Assembly: GCA_964388715.1 (NCBI GenBank)
Contig: CAYMBN010000001.1
Span: 12,962 to 76,961 of the forward strand
Length of the DNA: 64,000 nt
Direction: 5' to 3'
DNA from: an uncultured Methanosarcinales archaeon
GTDB lineage: Archaea; Nanobdellota; Nanobdellia; Woesearchaeales; CAYMBN01
A model generated the notes under the pieces. That model was not told the DNA's origin. It saw only the letters and a list, made by a program, of their open reading frames with translations, and searched no databases. The translations under genes were made by a program, and so were the position numbers. Each line of letters starts with the position of its first letter. Within the stretch, counting starts at the first letter, position 1. This document shows positions 27,804 through 42,800 of this stretch, piece after piece.

Positions 27804-30800
27804 TTAAACAGTTACACTTCCAGTTTGTTGATTATTGTCTTCATTTATTTCTTGGATTAAGTTATCATAATCAGCTGTCACAGTAACTGGGTAAGTTCCA
27901 CTTTCAGTAAATTTAACTAAAGTGTAAACAATTGTATCTTGACCAACTTCAACTGTTAATGGTTCTTTGTTAACTGGGTTATTACCCTCAGGGCCTGTGT
28001 CAATTATCCAGTTAACGTTTTCAGCTTTTTTATTTCCTTTATTTGAGATTATGAATTTAACAAACATATTAGTTCCTATTTTTCTTGCAGGTTCAAAGTT
28101 GCTAACTTCTAGATCTGGTAAAGGATTGACTGTGATTTTAATCCTTTCTGTATCACTAAATTGGTTGTCACTTACTGTGATTCTGAATTTGTGTGTACCA
28201 AAATCACCTGAATCTGTCTGCCAGGTGAATACATTGTCATTTTGTTCAAATCTTGAATCATCTATTGAATATTCAAGTTGATCTTTGTCAGGGTCTGATC
28301 CTTGAACAGTGATAATGATTTCATCTGTTTCAGTATATTCAATTTCATAATCAATTGAATCAATCTTTGGTCTGTGCAGGTTTTGATAATCACATGGATA
28401 AGTGTTGTTTTCTGGTGGATTATTATCATCTTCTAGGTCTGTTAATTCAAAACAATTGTTTATGTCATTATACCAACCATTGATTAAGTTATTTTCCATG
28501 CATCCTGTTTTTTCTTCAACCCATTCAGGAGCACAATAGTCACAGGAAAGTGCTTTGTAATCAGTAAATATTATATCATCAACTTCATCGCAGTTGTGTT
28601 CATCATATTGTGTTAAGGTTCTTATTTGTAATTGAGTATCATTGTTTAAACATTCTGTGTGATCTGACCATTCGCTCCAAGAAGTGTTTGAGAGTAATGG
28701 AGTACATGAATCACATGTTCTTGATTGTGTTTCATTTGCATGTGGGTTTTCTTCAGCACAATTGTAAATGTCATAATAATATTTTGTTCTTGTTTTTAAA
28801 TCATCTATGCACTCACTCCATTCTGTATAATCAAATTCCCAGTTAGGTGTACAATAATCACAAGGGATTGTTTGATAATCAGTGAATGTTAGATTGTCAA
28901 TTTCATTACAATTGTACTCATCATACTGTGTTAATGATTTTACTTGTTCTTTGGTGTTATCACTTTGACATTCAGTATGGTTGGACCATTCACTCCATGA
29001 TGTGTTTGTGAGTAATGGTGTACATGAATCACATTCTTGTGTTTGAGTTTCATTTTCATAAGGATTTTCTTCATCACAGATTTTTGCATCAAAGTAAAAT
29101 TTGGTTCTAGTTTCTAAATCATTTACACACTCACCCCAATCAGTATAATCTGGAAGCCAATCTGGAGTGCAAAAGTTACATGATATTGTTTGGTAATCAG
29201 TGAATGTAGTATTATCAATTTCATTGCATGTTTTTTCATCGTATTGAATTAGTGTTCTAATTTGTTGTTGAGTATCATCTGGTTGGCATTCTGTGTGATT
29301 AGACCATTCTGTCCAGGAAGTATTGGTTAGTAAAGGTGTACAATAGTCACATGTTTGGTTGATTACAGAAGTTGAATTGTACTTAATCTGTATCTCATAT
29401 AAATATAGGTTTCTTCCTGTTACAAAAGACCTTCCATAAATATCAATAGCTAAATCTGAATTATAGGAAATGCATTCTTGTGGTATCTTAATGTCAGTGA
29501 GACTATTAACACTTGAGGTAAACTCTTTAAATGTTGTAAAGGAATTAGTATCATAACTGAAACAATTGAATTTTAATTCTACATTACCCCATGAGCCTAT
29601 TACTTTATGTTGAAGTATAACACCATCTTCAAATTGTGGTAAATAAGAATAATTTACATAAATATGTCCTGATCTTGGCCAACCAGTTGATCCGTCTAAG
29701 TTTGAGTAAGTTGATAAATCACTATCAAATGCTCTTTCATAGTGGGACCATTGTCCAACTTCAATTATACTTTTTTCATTATTAGATTCAACTAACTCTG
29801 TAAATTCTTCACCACATCCCTTAGTGTCATAATAATTTTTAAATTGAATATCAGTTGGTTCACATTCTGTCCAGGTTTCATTCAAAACCCAGTGAGGTGT
29901 GCAGTAATCGCATGCTTGTTTTTGTGTAATATTATTATGTGGGTTAGGTTCTTCGCAATTATTTGAATCATAATAATATCTTATTCTTGATTTAGTATCG
30001 TCTGGTTGACAGTCTGTCCATTCTGTGTAATTAACTTCCCAATTGGGTATGCAAAAGTCACAAGTTACTGTTTGATAATCTTCAAATGTTGTATTTTGGA
30101 TTTCATTACATGTTTTCTCGTCATATTGGGTTAAGGTTCTGACTTGTTGTTGAGTATCATTTGGTTGACATTCTGTGTTGTTGGACCATTCGCTCCATGT
30201 GGTATTGGTTAGTTGTGGTGTGCAATAATCACAAGTTTGATTTATTTGGGTGAAAATTGGTATTTCAGTATGCCACCATATTGCTTCTTCATAAAAGACC
30301 ATTGCAGATGGATTTAAACACATCCATCTATTACCTCCATAAGTACACCCAGTGTTATAATCATTGTCGTACATTTTAGTAGGAGAACTATATCCTGTAC
30401 CTCCGCAAGAAGTTCCTTTAGTTCCTGCGCCCAAATTTTTCCAACCTGTTTTTGTGAGGCATTGGGGTTGGATTCTAAAGGCAGCACATACTCCAACTCT
30501 TAAAATTAAATGATCTTCATCATGATTGTAGCAATCTGAATTTGTATTAATGGAAATATTTTCAAATATTACATTGTCACTTCTATTTTGATATTTTAAC
30601 TGCCATTTTGCATCATAACCCTTCTTTTTTGTATAATTTACATAAAGGAAACCATTGAGCGGGTGGGCTTTGTCAGCTTGTTCTTGGAATAAAAGTACTT
30701 GTTCCATTGGTTCTTCTTCACAATTGTTAGTGTCATACCAATTAGTATATTGAATATCACCTAGTTCACATTCTGTCCAGGTTTCGTTCAAAATCCAATT

Positions 30801-33800
30801 AGGAGTACAGTAATCGCAAGATATTGTTTGGTAATCAGTGAATGTAACATTGTTAACTTCATCACAGGTGTTTTTGTCATATTGCGTTAATGCTCTGACT
30901 TGCTCTTGAGTATCATCTGGTTGGCATTCTGTATTGTTGGACCATTCGCTCCATGAAGTGTTGGTTAGTTGTGGTGTACAGAAGTCACAAGTTACTGTTT
31001 GGTAATCAGTGAAAGTAACATTGTCTACTTCTTTACAAGTATTCTCGTCATACTGAGTTCTTGTTCTACTTTGCATTTGATTATCATTGACTGAACATTC
31101 TGTATCATTTATCCATTCACTCCAGGATGTATTTGTTAGTAATGGTGTGCAGAAATCACATTTGTAAGTATTGTTTTCTGGAAGTTGATCTGATTCTAGA
31201 TTGGTTGTTTCATAACAATTGTTATTGTCTGTGTAAAATTCAATTATTTCATCTGAAACTAAGCAAGATGTGTTATGTGCTACAAAGTCTGGAATACAAT
31301 GGTCACAACTTATTGTAAGGTTATCCATGAATCCTTCAAGGTCTGATTCAAGTTGTGTTTGTGCATGACAATTGTTTTCATCTAATAAATATAATGTGTA
31401 ATTATCTCGGATACTACATTTTGTTTGATGTTCAATCCAGTTTGGTGAACAATAATCGCATTCATAAGTATTGTTTTCTGGTAATGAATCACTTACAAGT
31501 TGAGTTTGTGAATAACAATTGTTATTATCTGTATAGTATTCAATGATTTCATCTGAAGGTGAACATGATGTGTTATGAGCTACAATATCTGGTGTACAAC
31601 AATCATAAAAGATGATTTCAGTTTCATTTGCATGAGGATTTTCTTCTGCACAGTTGTTTGTATCATAATAATATTTTATTCTTGTTTTTAAGTCAGCTTG
31701 GCAGTCGCTCCATTCTGTGTAATTAACTTGCCAATCTGCTACACAAACATCATTAACAGTAACAATCATATATTCATAGGTTTTGGCTTTGTTTTCATCT
31801 TCTGCAATAAAAGTAATATTGTATTTTCCAGCATCATCATAGCCAGGAGTAAAATATAAAGCATAACTATTTTCACCTATTTTGTTTTGAGTAATCCAAT
31901 TAGGAAGATTTTCATAGGAAAGATTAACTTTATCTCCATCTTTATCTGAAACTTGGAATGATATAAGTGTCCCTCCTTGACTTTCATTTAATTCTATATT
32001 GGAAATGGCGGTTATCTCAGGAGGCCTGTTTATATTGTTTACAGTTATAGTGGCAACTTTCTCATCGCTTCCACCTTTACCATCTTCTGCAATAAAGGTG
32101 ATTGGGTAAACTCCTGCTTGGTCAAAATTAGGGGTCCAACTAAATTCACAATAAGTGCCTTGGGTTACTGGGTCATAATGTAAAATACTACAATCAAGTT
32201 CAGCACCTTGTGGTAAGGTTTCAGATGAGTTTAGTTTAACTCTGCTTCCTTCTGGGTCTAATGCTAATATATGGAATGAAACTTTTTTGCCTTCGTCAAC
32301 TTGAGTGTCATCAATATCGTCTATAAAAGGCGCATAGTTAAGCACTTTTAATATAAGGTTGTCATATGTTGGTCCTGGTTGTGAATGTAACCAACCACCA
32401 AGTAATATTTCAGATGTTTCGAATTGAGTATCATTTGTATCTATATCTAAAACAATTGTGTCATCATAATATGCTTTGTAATTACCGTCTCTAAATACAA
32501 GTTTATAATAATGCCAATCTTTATCTCCGTTTAAGTCTGTTTTATATCTGTTATTGTTAACTACTAATAATAAATCATTGTGACCGTTCCATGCTTTACA
32601 ATAATCAGCACCATAACTTAGTGTTTCATTTCCAGATTGGTTTTTGAATCTTACTGTTGCACCTCTACAATCTAATTTGTTTAGGTTTGCATAAAAGCCA
32701 ACTTCAAAGTAATTTGTATTAAGGTTCATTGGTTTGCTTAATCTAGGACTACAGAAACCACAGGTTGGAGTTAAATGATTATCTATAACATCCCAAGTGC
32801 CAACTTTTTTTGTCCAATCATCAATAGAGTCGTCATTAAAATTATCACAGAGTTCATATTCTCCTTCACAATTTTCTTCAGGTATACTTTCTATTACAAC
32901 TATTTTTATTGGACTTGAGGCACTGTATGTACCATCACTTACTGTAACTTCAATATCATATTCACCTGCATCATCGTAATTTGTTTGCCAGATAAATGTT
33001 GAACTGTGGGATTGGAATCTATCGTCGTTAATTGAATAATTTAGATCATCTTCATCTGGATCAGATGCTTCTACTGTGATTATTATTTCATCACCTTCAT
33101 TATATTCTTCTTGATAATTAATTGAATTAATGGTTGGTGCATGTAAGGATTCATAATCGCATTCATAGGTGTTGTTTTCTGGGAGTTGATCTGATTCTAA
33201 ATTAGTTGTTTCATGACAATTATTATTGTCAGTATAATATCCAATAATTTCGTTTGATGTTAAACAAGACGTATTATGTTGAATTGGGTCAGGTATGCAA
33301 TAGTCGCACTGTTCCATTTCTGTAACATTGTCATGAGGATTTGGTTCTTCACAAGTGTTTAAGTCATAATGGAATTGTATTCTTGATTTAGTATCATCTG
33401 ATTGACAATCTGTCCATTCTGTGTGATCTATCTGCCAGTCTGGAGTACAGAAGTCACAGAAGATTGTTTGATAATCTGTGAAGGTAGTATTGTCCACTTC
33501 GTTGCAGGTATTTTCATCGTATTGGGTTAGTGATCTTACTTGTTCTTGAGTGTCATTTGGTTGACATTCTGTATGATTAGACCATTCAGTCCAAGAAGTG
33601 TTTGTTAGTAAAGGTGTACAATAGTCACAGGAGATGGTTCTGTAATCAGTAAATGTTGCATTGTCAACCTCATTGCAGGTGTTTTCATCGTATTGAGTTA
33701 ATGTTCTTGTTTGCTCTTGTGTATCATCAGCTAAACATTCTGTACCATTTATCCATTCACTCCATGAAGTGTTTATTAGAGACGGTGTACAATAATCGCA

Positions 33801-36800
33801 CCAAGCAGTTGTGTCTTCTGGTTTATTACAATCTGAAAGTAAGCTTGTTTGTTCACAACATAAGTTAATATATTCATAAGTTACATCATAGTAATCATCT
33901 GGATGGCAAGTTGAATTTTCGTTTCTCCAAGTTGAGTTACAATAATTACATTCAATTGTTTGATTGTTTGTTTGGTTTTCTAAGTCTGATGCTAGATTTG
34001 TTTGTGCATGACAAGTGTTTTCATCTAAATAATATTCTATATAATTATCCAGTGTTGAACAGTCTGTTTCGTGTTTGATCCAGTTAGGTGTACAATAATC
34101 ACATTGTTCTATTTCTGTAACATTGTCATGAGGATTTGGTTCTTCACAAGTGTTTAAGTCATAATGATATTGTATTCTTGATTTAGTGTCATCTGATTGA
34201 CAATCTGTCCATTCTGTGTGATCTATCCGCCAGTCTGGAGTGCAGAAGTCACAGAAGATTGTTTGGTGATCTGTGAATGTTGTATTGTCTACTTCATTGC
34301 ATGTATTTTCGTCGTATTGTGTTAGTGTTCTTGCTTGTTGTTGAGTGTCATTTGCTAAGCAATCTGTGTTGTTTATCCATTCTGACCATGATGTGTTTGT
34401 TAATTGTGGTGTACAATAATCGCAGGACTGGTTGATTATTGGTGATGATATTTGTTTTTCCCACCATACTCCTGATTCATATAATTTAGCAGAACTATCA
34501 AGACCTCTTGCTAGAGCAAGGAATCTTTCAAATAAGTTTTGCCATCCACCTGAATTATAATTAAAACATTGAGCTTCAAATTCCACATATTCTTCATCTA
34601 TTATTATCAAAGGATCTGTATAGTCTACAAAGAATCTTAATTGTAAAATGCTACTATTTAAACAACCAGATGGGATAGATGCATTGGTAAAATGCTCTTG
34701 ATCCATTACATCTGAATCAAAGTGTATCTTATATTGTACTTTAGCATCTTCTGTATTAAAAGGAATTGAATAATTAAAGAAGTATTCATAAGGTTCTTCC
34801 TGTACCATATTATCATAAGTTGACCAATCATTATCACATGCTTGATCACAATTATCTGAATATCCTATTTCTTGTTCTTGATAGTCCCATAATAAAGATG
34901 AAATGAATTCTTCTTCACACATGTTCAAATCATATACATTTCTGTATTGAATGTCAATTGGATCACATTCTGTCCATGTTTGGTTTAATCTCCAATCCGG
35001 AGTACAAAAGTCGCAAGATATTATTTGGTAATCAGTAATGGTAGTATTGTCTACTTCATCACAGTTGTTTTCATCATATTGTGTTAAAGTTCTGCTTTGT
35101 TCTTGGGTGTCATCAGATAAACAATCTGTATCATTTATCCATTCTGTCCATGAGGTGTTTGTTAGTTGTGGTGTACAGAAGTCACATTGTTCCACTTCTG
35201 TAACATTGTCATAGGGATTAGGTTCTTCACAAGTGTTTGAATCGTAATGGAATTGTATTCTTGATTTTGTATCTCCTGGTTGACAATCTGTCCATTGTGT
35301 GTAATTAATTGTCCAATTTGGTGCACAGGGATTAGGTATATGTTTTATTGATAAGTTAAATATTTCTAATTCTGTTGCTTCTTGAGATTCAATTGTTAAT
35401 GGAATTAAACAATATTTATTTTCGTCAGCTTCACAACTTTCTAATAAACTATTTAACTCATTGTTAAATTCAAGAACTTCTTGGTTGTCAAATATTGAAA
35501 TATCTTTTATTTTCTTATTTTCAAGATAAACTGAAAAATCGTAATATATTGGGCAACCTTCATCTATTTGATTATCACAATCATCATTAATACTATTACA
35601 AATTTCAGTGGCAGCTGGATTTACATTAGTATTAGCGTCATTACAATCAAGATTGTTTGAAACATAACCAGCAGGAGCATTACAAGCTTGTGTTGTTGTT
35701 GAGGAATCACCATATGTGTCTTCATCAGCATCCCTATAGAATGTTGATTGTACATTTTCATCTTCTTCACCATCACAATCATTATCTAAACCATCACAAA
35801 CTTCTTCTTCTGGACCTACTAAACCTTCACAAGTGCCCCATTGTCCATCAGTACATGTTTTTGTTCCGGTTTGACACTCTCCTACGTCAATACCACAGAC
35901 TTCAGTCTCACCATTAATACATTCACAACCACCATCTACTGATCCATCACAATTATCATCAATCCCATTACAAATTTCAGTTGCACCAGGATTTATATTT
36001 GCGTTGTTGTCGTTACAATCTTGATTATTTGAAACATAACCACTTGGTGCACTACAAGCTTGTTTTGTTGTTGAGGAATCTCCGTAGGAATCAGCGTCAG
36101 CATCTCTATAAAATGTTGATTGTACACCTTCATCAGTGCTTCCATCGCAATCATCATCTTTGTTATTACATACTTCTCCTGCATTAGGATTAATATTTCT
36201 GTCAGTATCATCACAGTCATCAGCTTTGCAGATATCAAAGTAATCTCCGTCATACAAATCTTCATCTTGATCACATCTATCTAAACTAGAATCAATTCTA
36301 TAACCACAAGCATCATCTCCAACAGGGATGTAAGTTTTAAGATAATAATATAAAACACCTTCCCGTGCTTCAAATTCTATTTTCTCTTGTTCTGTTCCTG
36401 AGTTATGTGATTCTCCGATAGGCTCACTCGCTGAACATGAATCATAAAGTTCAATATCATAATTTGTATCACATCCTTCCATATTATTTCCAATGAATAA
36501 ACCCATACCATTTTCATTTGCGAAAATTTTATGCCAAGCCATACCTACACTTACAGGCCAACTAGCTCCAAAAGTTTTTTCAGAAGCACTTGAACAAGTA
36601 TCTCCTTGAGTAACAAAACTTTCTGTTACGTAATCTGGATCTTTCCTTAATGCAAAACTACTATTTACAGTTAAAGAATATTTTGGCATTTTGAAATAAA
36701 CAGTATTGTTTCCTGCTTCATTATAAGTTAAAACTTTTGATGTTGTTCCATCTGTAAAGGTTGATAATTCTATATTACAGTCTAGTGAACAGGTTGTGTA

Positions 36801-39800
36801 ATTTTCGTCTGGTTCGTCACAAATATCATTACCACAGAATGCGAGATTATTGACGAGAATATTTATTATTTGTGTATCTTCAAATTCACCATCATTTACA
36901 ATTAACTTGAATTGATATTCCCTGGCATCTTCATAATTGGTTAGCCAAGTGAATATGTTATTATTTTGTTCAAACCTTGAATCATTAATAGAGTAGTTTA
37001 ATTTATCATTATCTGAGTCAGATGCATATACTGTGATTGTAATTTCATCGGTTTCATTATATTCTGTTTGGTAATCAATTGAGTTAATAATTGGTGCATG
37101 TAGTGATTCATAATCACAGATTATTGTTTGATAATCTGTGAATGTGGTATTATCAACTTCATTACAGGTATTTTCATCGTATTGAGTTAATGTTCTAATT
37201 TGTTGTTGAGTATCATTAGTTAAGCATTCTGTGTGGTTTGACCATTCGCTCCAAGAAGTGTTGGTTAGAGATGGAGTGCAATAATCACATACTTCTGTTG
37301 TGTTTTGTGGTATATTGCAGTCTGTTGGTAATTGTGTTTCTGTACAACATTGATTTGTGTAATAATAATCTACTCTTTGTGCGTTATTTGTTTTACATTG
37401 TCCTGTTATATTTGTCCATTCTGGAACACAATAGTCACATTCAGTGCTTTCTGTTTCATTATCATGAGGATTTTCATAATAACAATTGTTTGCATCATAA
37501 TAGTATTTTGTTCTGTATTTGGTATTATTTAACAAGCATTCATTCCAATTAGTGTAAGTAGATGTCCAATCAGGATCACATGGTTCATGTACATTAACTT
37601 TAAATTTTTGCCAATCTTCAAACAAGCCATTGCTAACATTTAGATTAAAGTCATATTCTCCAACTTCACTTTCATCTGTTTGCCATGTGAAGACATTATT
37701 ATTTTGGTAGAATTTTCCAAAGTCAATTGTACCTACGTGTACACCATGTAGAGTAAAGAAACTACGATGACGGTTAGGCTTAACAATCATTCCTACTGCT
37801 GGATAATAAGGAGGTACTAAATTACCTAAATCAAAAGTTTCTTTTGCAAGATAATCATTTTCTTTAAAGAAAATTGCTATGTTTTTATCTCTATTTATAC
37901 CTACACTACATGTTTTTCCCATTGTACTAAATTCACATTTACCTAATTGTAAATAATCACCATTACTGTCATACACAAAAACATAGAATTCACTAAATTC
38001 TCTACCAACAATATTACCAACCTCAGCTTTCCAGTAATCATATGGGTTTTTGCTGATCAACATGATTCTTCCATCTGTGTTATTTGTTGCATTAGCCCAA
38101 AAGTAAATAAATCCATTATGGTGATAGAAAGTGTTACCTGTTCCAGTGATTTCTGTTCTCCATAGCTGATCGTCTATAACAAAAGGATAATTAAAAGTAT
38201 CATATAACTCTTCTTCAACATCAATTGAATCATTTATTGAATAGGTTAAAGGTCTATCAAATGGATCTTGTGCATTTGCTTCTACTCTCACTATTTCTCC
38301 TGCGTGTGTGTTGATATCATTAATATGTTCAAGTACAGGAGCTTCACTTGTTCCGTTTACTGAAACATGAACTACCATGTTGTTAACTTTTTCTCCGTCG
38401 CTAACTTTAACTTCAAAATCATATTCTCCAATGTCTGAGGAATTTGTTTGCCATGTAAAGGTATTATTATCTTGTTTAAATCTAGTGTATTCTTTGTTAG
38501 CAAAATATATCTCTTTGATCATTACAACAGATGTTACATAAACCCCATTAGGTTCCTTAGAATTACCAGTCATAATTGCAACCATTGCTGGATAATAATC
38601 AGGACCACTTAATTGGCTTATATCAACAATTACAGGATCTTCACCTTGTTTAATAAAGGTTGCAGTATGATCTTTTCTATTTACTTCAACAGAACAGTTA
38701 TTGGCAAAAGGATCACCTTGACATCTTCCAATTTCTAAACCATTGCCATTTTTATCATATAAGTATAGGAAAAAACTATCATTTATGAAACGAAATTCTT
38801 GGAAAGATCTCATTTGAACTTTGAAATAGTCTGAAGGAATTTTGCTTGTGATTGTTCTTGTTTCTCCTTTTTCAGCACCTTGGAAGCTCAAATATCCACT
38901 ATCAGGGATAATTTTTGCATAAGTGCCTGTTAACTCAATTTCCCATTTATTGCTATCAATTGAATCAAATTTATCATGTAGATATTCTTTTATACTGATT
39001 GTGTCATTGATTGAATATGTAAGATTGTCACCATCTGCATCAGCTGAGTCAACTGTGATGTTTACTATTTCTCCTTCATTTACTTCAGTGTCTCCTAGTA
39101 TTACCATTGTTGGAACATTGTTTATGTTTATTATTCCAATTGTAATCTTTCTTGTTACAAGGTTTTGACCATCATCAACTCCAACAAGCACATCAAAGAT
39201 TTTGTCTGCTAATTCCCAAGGATCATTAACACAGTCTAAGCTTTTTCTTTCAATATCATATTCACAATCTCCGATAGTACATCTTGGATTATAGTATTTG
39301 GTTGTTCCTTGACAATGTTCTTCACATTTATTACCACAAGCACCACAATTATTTAGGTCATGTTGAGAGTTGATTTCACAACCATCAACTAAATTATCAT
39401 TACAATCACGGAAACCAAGTGCACATGCATCTATTGAACAAGTGCCAAGAGAACACATTGCATTAGAGTTTGTGAAACCACATACAGTGCCACAAGTTCC
39501 ACAGTTATTTACGTCATTGTGTAGATCTGCTTCACATGCGTCAAATATATTAGTTTCCCAGTTACAATTTTGGTGGTTTGTTGGACATGATTCACATTGT
39601 CCTTGGTTACAGAATTGATTAATTGAATCTGAGCAAGTACTGCCACAGGAACCACAATTATTAGTATCATATTCAATGTTTACTTCACAACCATTGTTCC
39701 AATTACCATCACAGTTTGCAAATCCTGGTTCACATGAACATTCTTCTGAGTAGGAATCACATTTTGAATTTGAACCACATTCTATATTATTACAAGGATC

Positions 39801-42800
39801 TTCTCTGCATTCCCATGTTGTCCAGTCTCCTCTTGCATCACAAATATTTCCTTCACCACAGTCTTCATTACGAATGCATCTTACTGAATACTTTGTTCTC
39901 ATATCTGTTGAGCCATATCCTTGTTGTAAACAAGATGTACAATCATCTACTCCATAATTTTTATCATAGGCAAAAAATAAATAGTTTGTGAATGATGTTG
40001 GTGGTTCAAATAATGTGATTTCTCCATTACTTATTTCTTCTGCATCATATTTTACACAATCGTCTTCTCTACATTTCATTCCATCGCCAGAACCTTCAAC
40101 AAGACAATTTAGTTTTTGGTTGCAATTATCCCAACAATCTTTAACAAGGAAAAGGTTATCTCCTCTATCCATTCTTACAGTTGTTGTTAATGGACCGATT
40201 ATACATACAGAAGGTTCATTGTTGACAGTGCAAATTCTTGCAGGTAGATTAAATGTTGAACCTTGCATTTTTGTTCTTGCTTCTGCAGTGCATTCATCAT
40301 GTTCAAAAGTAGCTTCTGAACACCAATCATAACCTGAGTCTGGTGTACAATCCGAAGTAGTTGGTTCATTTGACATTGTGCTAAAGTCTGTTAAACATGT
40401 GCTTGGTAAAGTATTCCCCATTGCACCATAATCTAAACTAAGTGATCCAAAATTAGTTGTTTCAAAAAGTTCTGATAATGTTGCTTTCCATGTAAAAGTA
40501 TTTTCATTTTTTTCAAATCGTGAATCATTGATATAATATGAAAGAGTATCATTTTCAGGGTCTGTTGCATTGACTGTTATTGTGACTAGTTCTCCTTCAT
40601 TTACAAGATGTTGTTGTTGTACTTGAACAACTGGTTCTTGGTTTGTATTACACTCTTTTTGTTCTTCTGGTTTACCTTCATCTGTTAAACATTCGTTTAA
40701 GTCTGTACAGGTTCTTGTTTGTGAACTGTTTGTACAGTCTGACCAGTTTCCACAGGTCCAGTCAGGGTCACAAGCTGGTGGATCTGGCATTGTTTGTGGA
40801 AAGATTGTTAAATCGTGTAATTCAGTATCATTATCGTGTTCGTAGTCTGCAATGACTTTTATTGAATAACTATCTGCACTAATATCTAGTGGCCAGGTTA
40901 TATTGAATTGATGTTCTCCTGGTATTGTTTCTTGTTCTGAATCAGAAGAAATTGCCCATAATAATTTGCCTTCATAATATCTTTTTGGAGTGTTTCTTCC
41001 ATCTGTTACCATAGTAAAGCCACCTTCTGCTTTAATCCATTCATCATTACTCATATATTCTGTTGGACATTCAACAAAGTTTTCAAACATTCCAAATGTC
41101 ATCATGCAACCTTGATCATTCCATGCTAATAATTTTGTTCTTAGTTGTAAAGTTGATTCTGATGTGTTTACCTCAGGCAATGAGCATGAGAATGTTAATT
41201 GGTCTGATGTTTTTATTGTCCAGTTGATTTCAGTTGAATCTTGAGGCATTGTATAATTTTCATATATGTAATAATATGCAGTGCATCCTGGGCCAGGATA
41301 GGAAGCAGTGTAAGCAGAAGTGTTCCAATCATTATCTGATGCTTTATCACAATCCACAATCATATTGTTTGATGTAGGAGTACAGCTGTAGCTCTGTGCT
41401 GAATCTTCTTCAAACCATTCTGAATCATAATTAGTTGTTGCAGCTGGGACCTGTACTTGACTGGTTGAGTAATTGCCAATTAATTCTTGGTTATCAAGTA
41501 GTTGTAGCTTGATAGATGTGTTTAATGGTTGATCATAGTAATTTGAAAATGTTACTGAGATATCTAAAGGTGTTTGTTCTGTTATATTATTAGTGAAATT
41601 AACTTGTTTGATGATTGCTATTATTTGTTTTAATACAGTTAGGGTTATGATTTTAGAATCATTAAGTTCACTGTCACTTGCGCTGACTGTTATGTTGTAT
41701 TCACCAGCATCACCGATTTGTGTGATCCATTCAAACCAGTTATCACCAATCTTGTTGAAGTTTGAGTTTGATACGTTGTAAGTTAAGTTATCTCCGTCGA
41801 TATCTTCAGCATAAAGTAGTAAAGAAGCTACATCTTCTTCAGTGATTGTGATGTTTTGTACTGATTCTAATTCTGGTTTAAAGTTTCCTTTGATGATGTA
41901 TACCTTGATTTTTCTTTCAACAGTTGCTATGCCATCTGAGGCAGTGATTGTGATATTATGTTCTCCAATATCATCTTCTGATGCAACCCAAGGTGAGTCT
42001 TGTGCACCATCTATGTTAATATCAACTTGATCGTTATCAAGGTCAGTAGCACTAATGTTAAGGTCAATTGTATCGCCTACTCTTGCATAGATATTTTCAG
42101 CTGTAATAAATGGTTTATGATTTGTTACAATGATGTCAGAAAGTATTTTTCTTTGATTTAGATATTCAACATAAACTACTAATTCATAGTTCTGGGTTTG
42201 TTTTAGTAGATTGTCTACGACAAACTCAATTGTGTTTTCTCCTGGATTAAGAGTTGTTTCCTGTTTGTAAAATTCTCCGTTTTCAACTGTTTCTGCTGTG
42301 ATATTAACAAGGAGGTTTTGGTCTAAATGGTTTGATAAGTGAAGTTGGGTGGTTACTTGATTATTATTGTAATCTCCAACTAATATTTGTGCTTCTAGAA
42401 CTTTAACTTCCATGCTGAATGTTGCTTCAGTTAAGGTTACATTAGGATTATTATCTTCTTTTTTGCTAACATTGTATTCTATTTTGTAGTTATAATTTCC
42501 TTCTTTCTGAGGAGTTGTAATTGTTATTTCATAATTATCTAATTCTTCTTTAATATCTTTCTGATATACTATTTCTTGGTTTCTTGTTAAAGTTAATGTT
42601 CCGTTAACTGTTTCTTCACTCACATATTCAAAATCAAAATAAAGTGGAAGTTCTTTGTTTGGTGGAACTATTTTATCAATTGTAATATTATCAAAGTAAA
42701 ATGGTGAGGAAGGCATGTATTCAATTGAATAACTTGTAGTGTTAAACAATGTGAAATTACCTTGGTCACAATCATCAATTCTTAGAGGATAAAGATAAAC

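Noticed and set aside
27607-27807. Plus-strand ORF encoding MPLPPPPPPPPQP...
   Set aside because: It is the antisense shadow of the poly-Gly linker of the 26760..27740 lipoprotein gene. It has no start context, and the strongly supported gene lies on the opposite strand.
35657-36274. His/Leu-rich plus-strand ORFs (35657..35917, 35981..36187) and similar ORFs at 37238..37552, 39716..40332, 45427..45930, 50063..50539
   Set aside because: They are low-complexity antisense frames inside the giant genes (complements of Asp/Cys/Asn-rich repeats). They lie wholly within well-supported minus-strand CDSs.
28550-37300. Regularly spaced nucleotide repeats that could superficially resemble a CRISPR array
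   Set aside because: The repeats are in-frame coding modules inside one uninterrupted 16.3-kb ORF. The repeat units are 150-200 nt with variable spacing, not 25-40 nt repeats separated by unique spacers. No cas genes are present.
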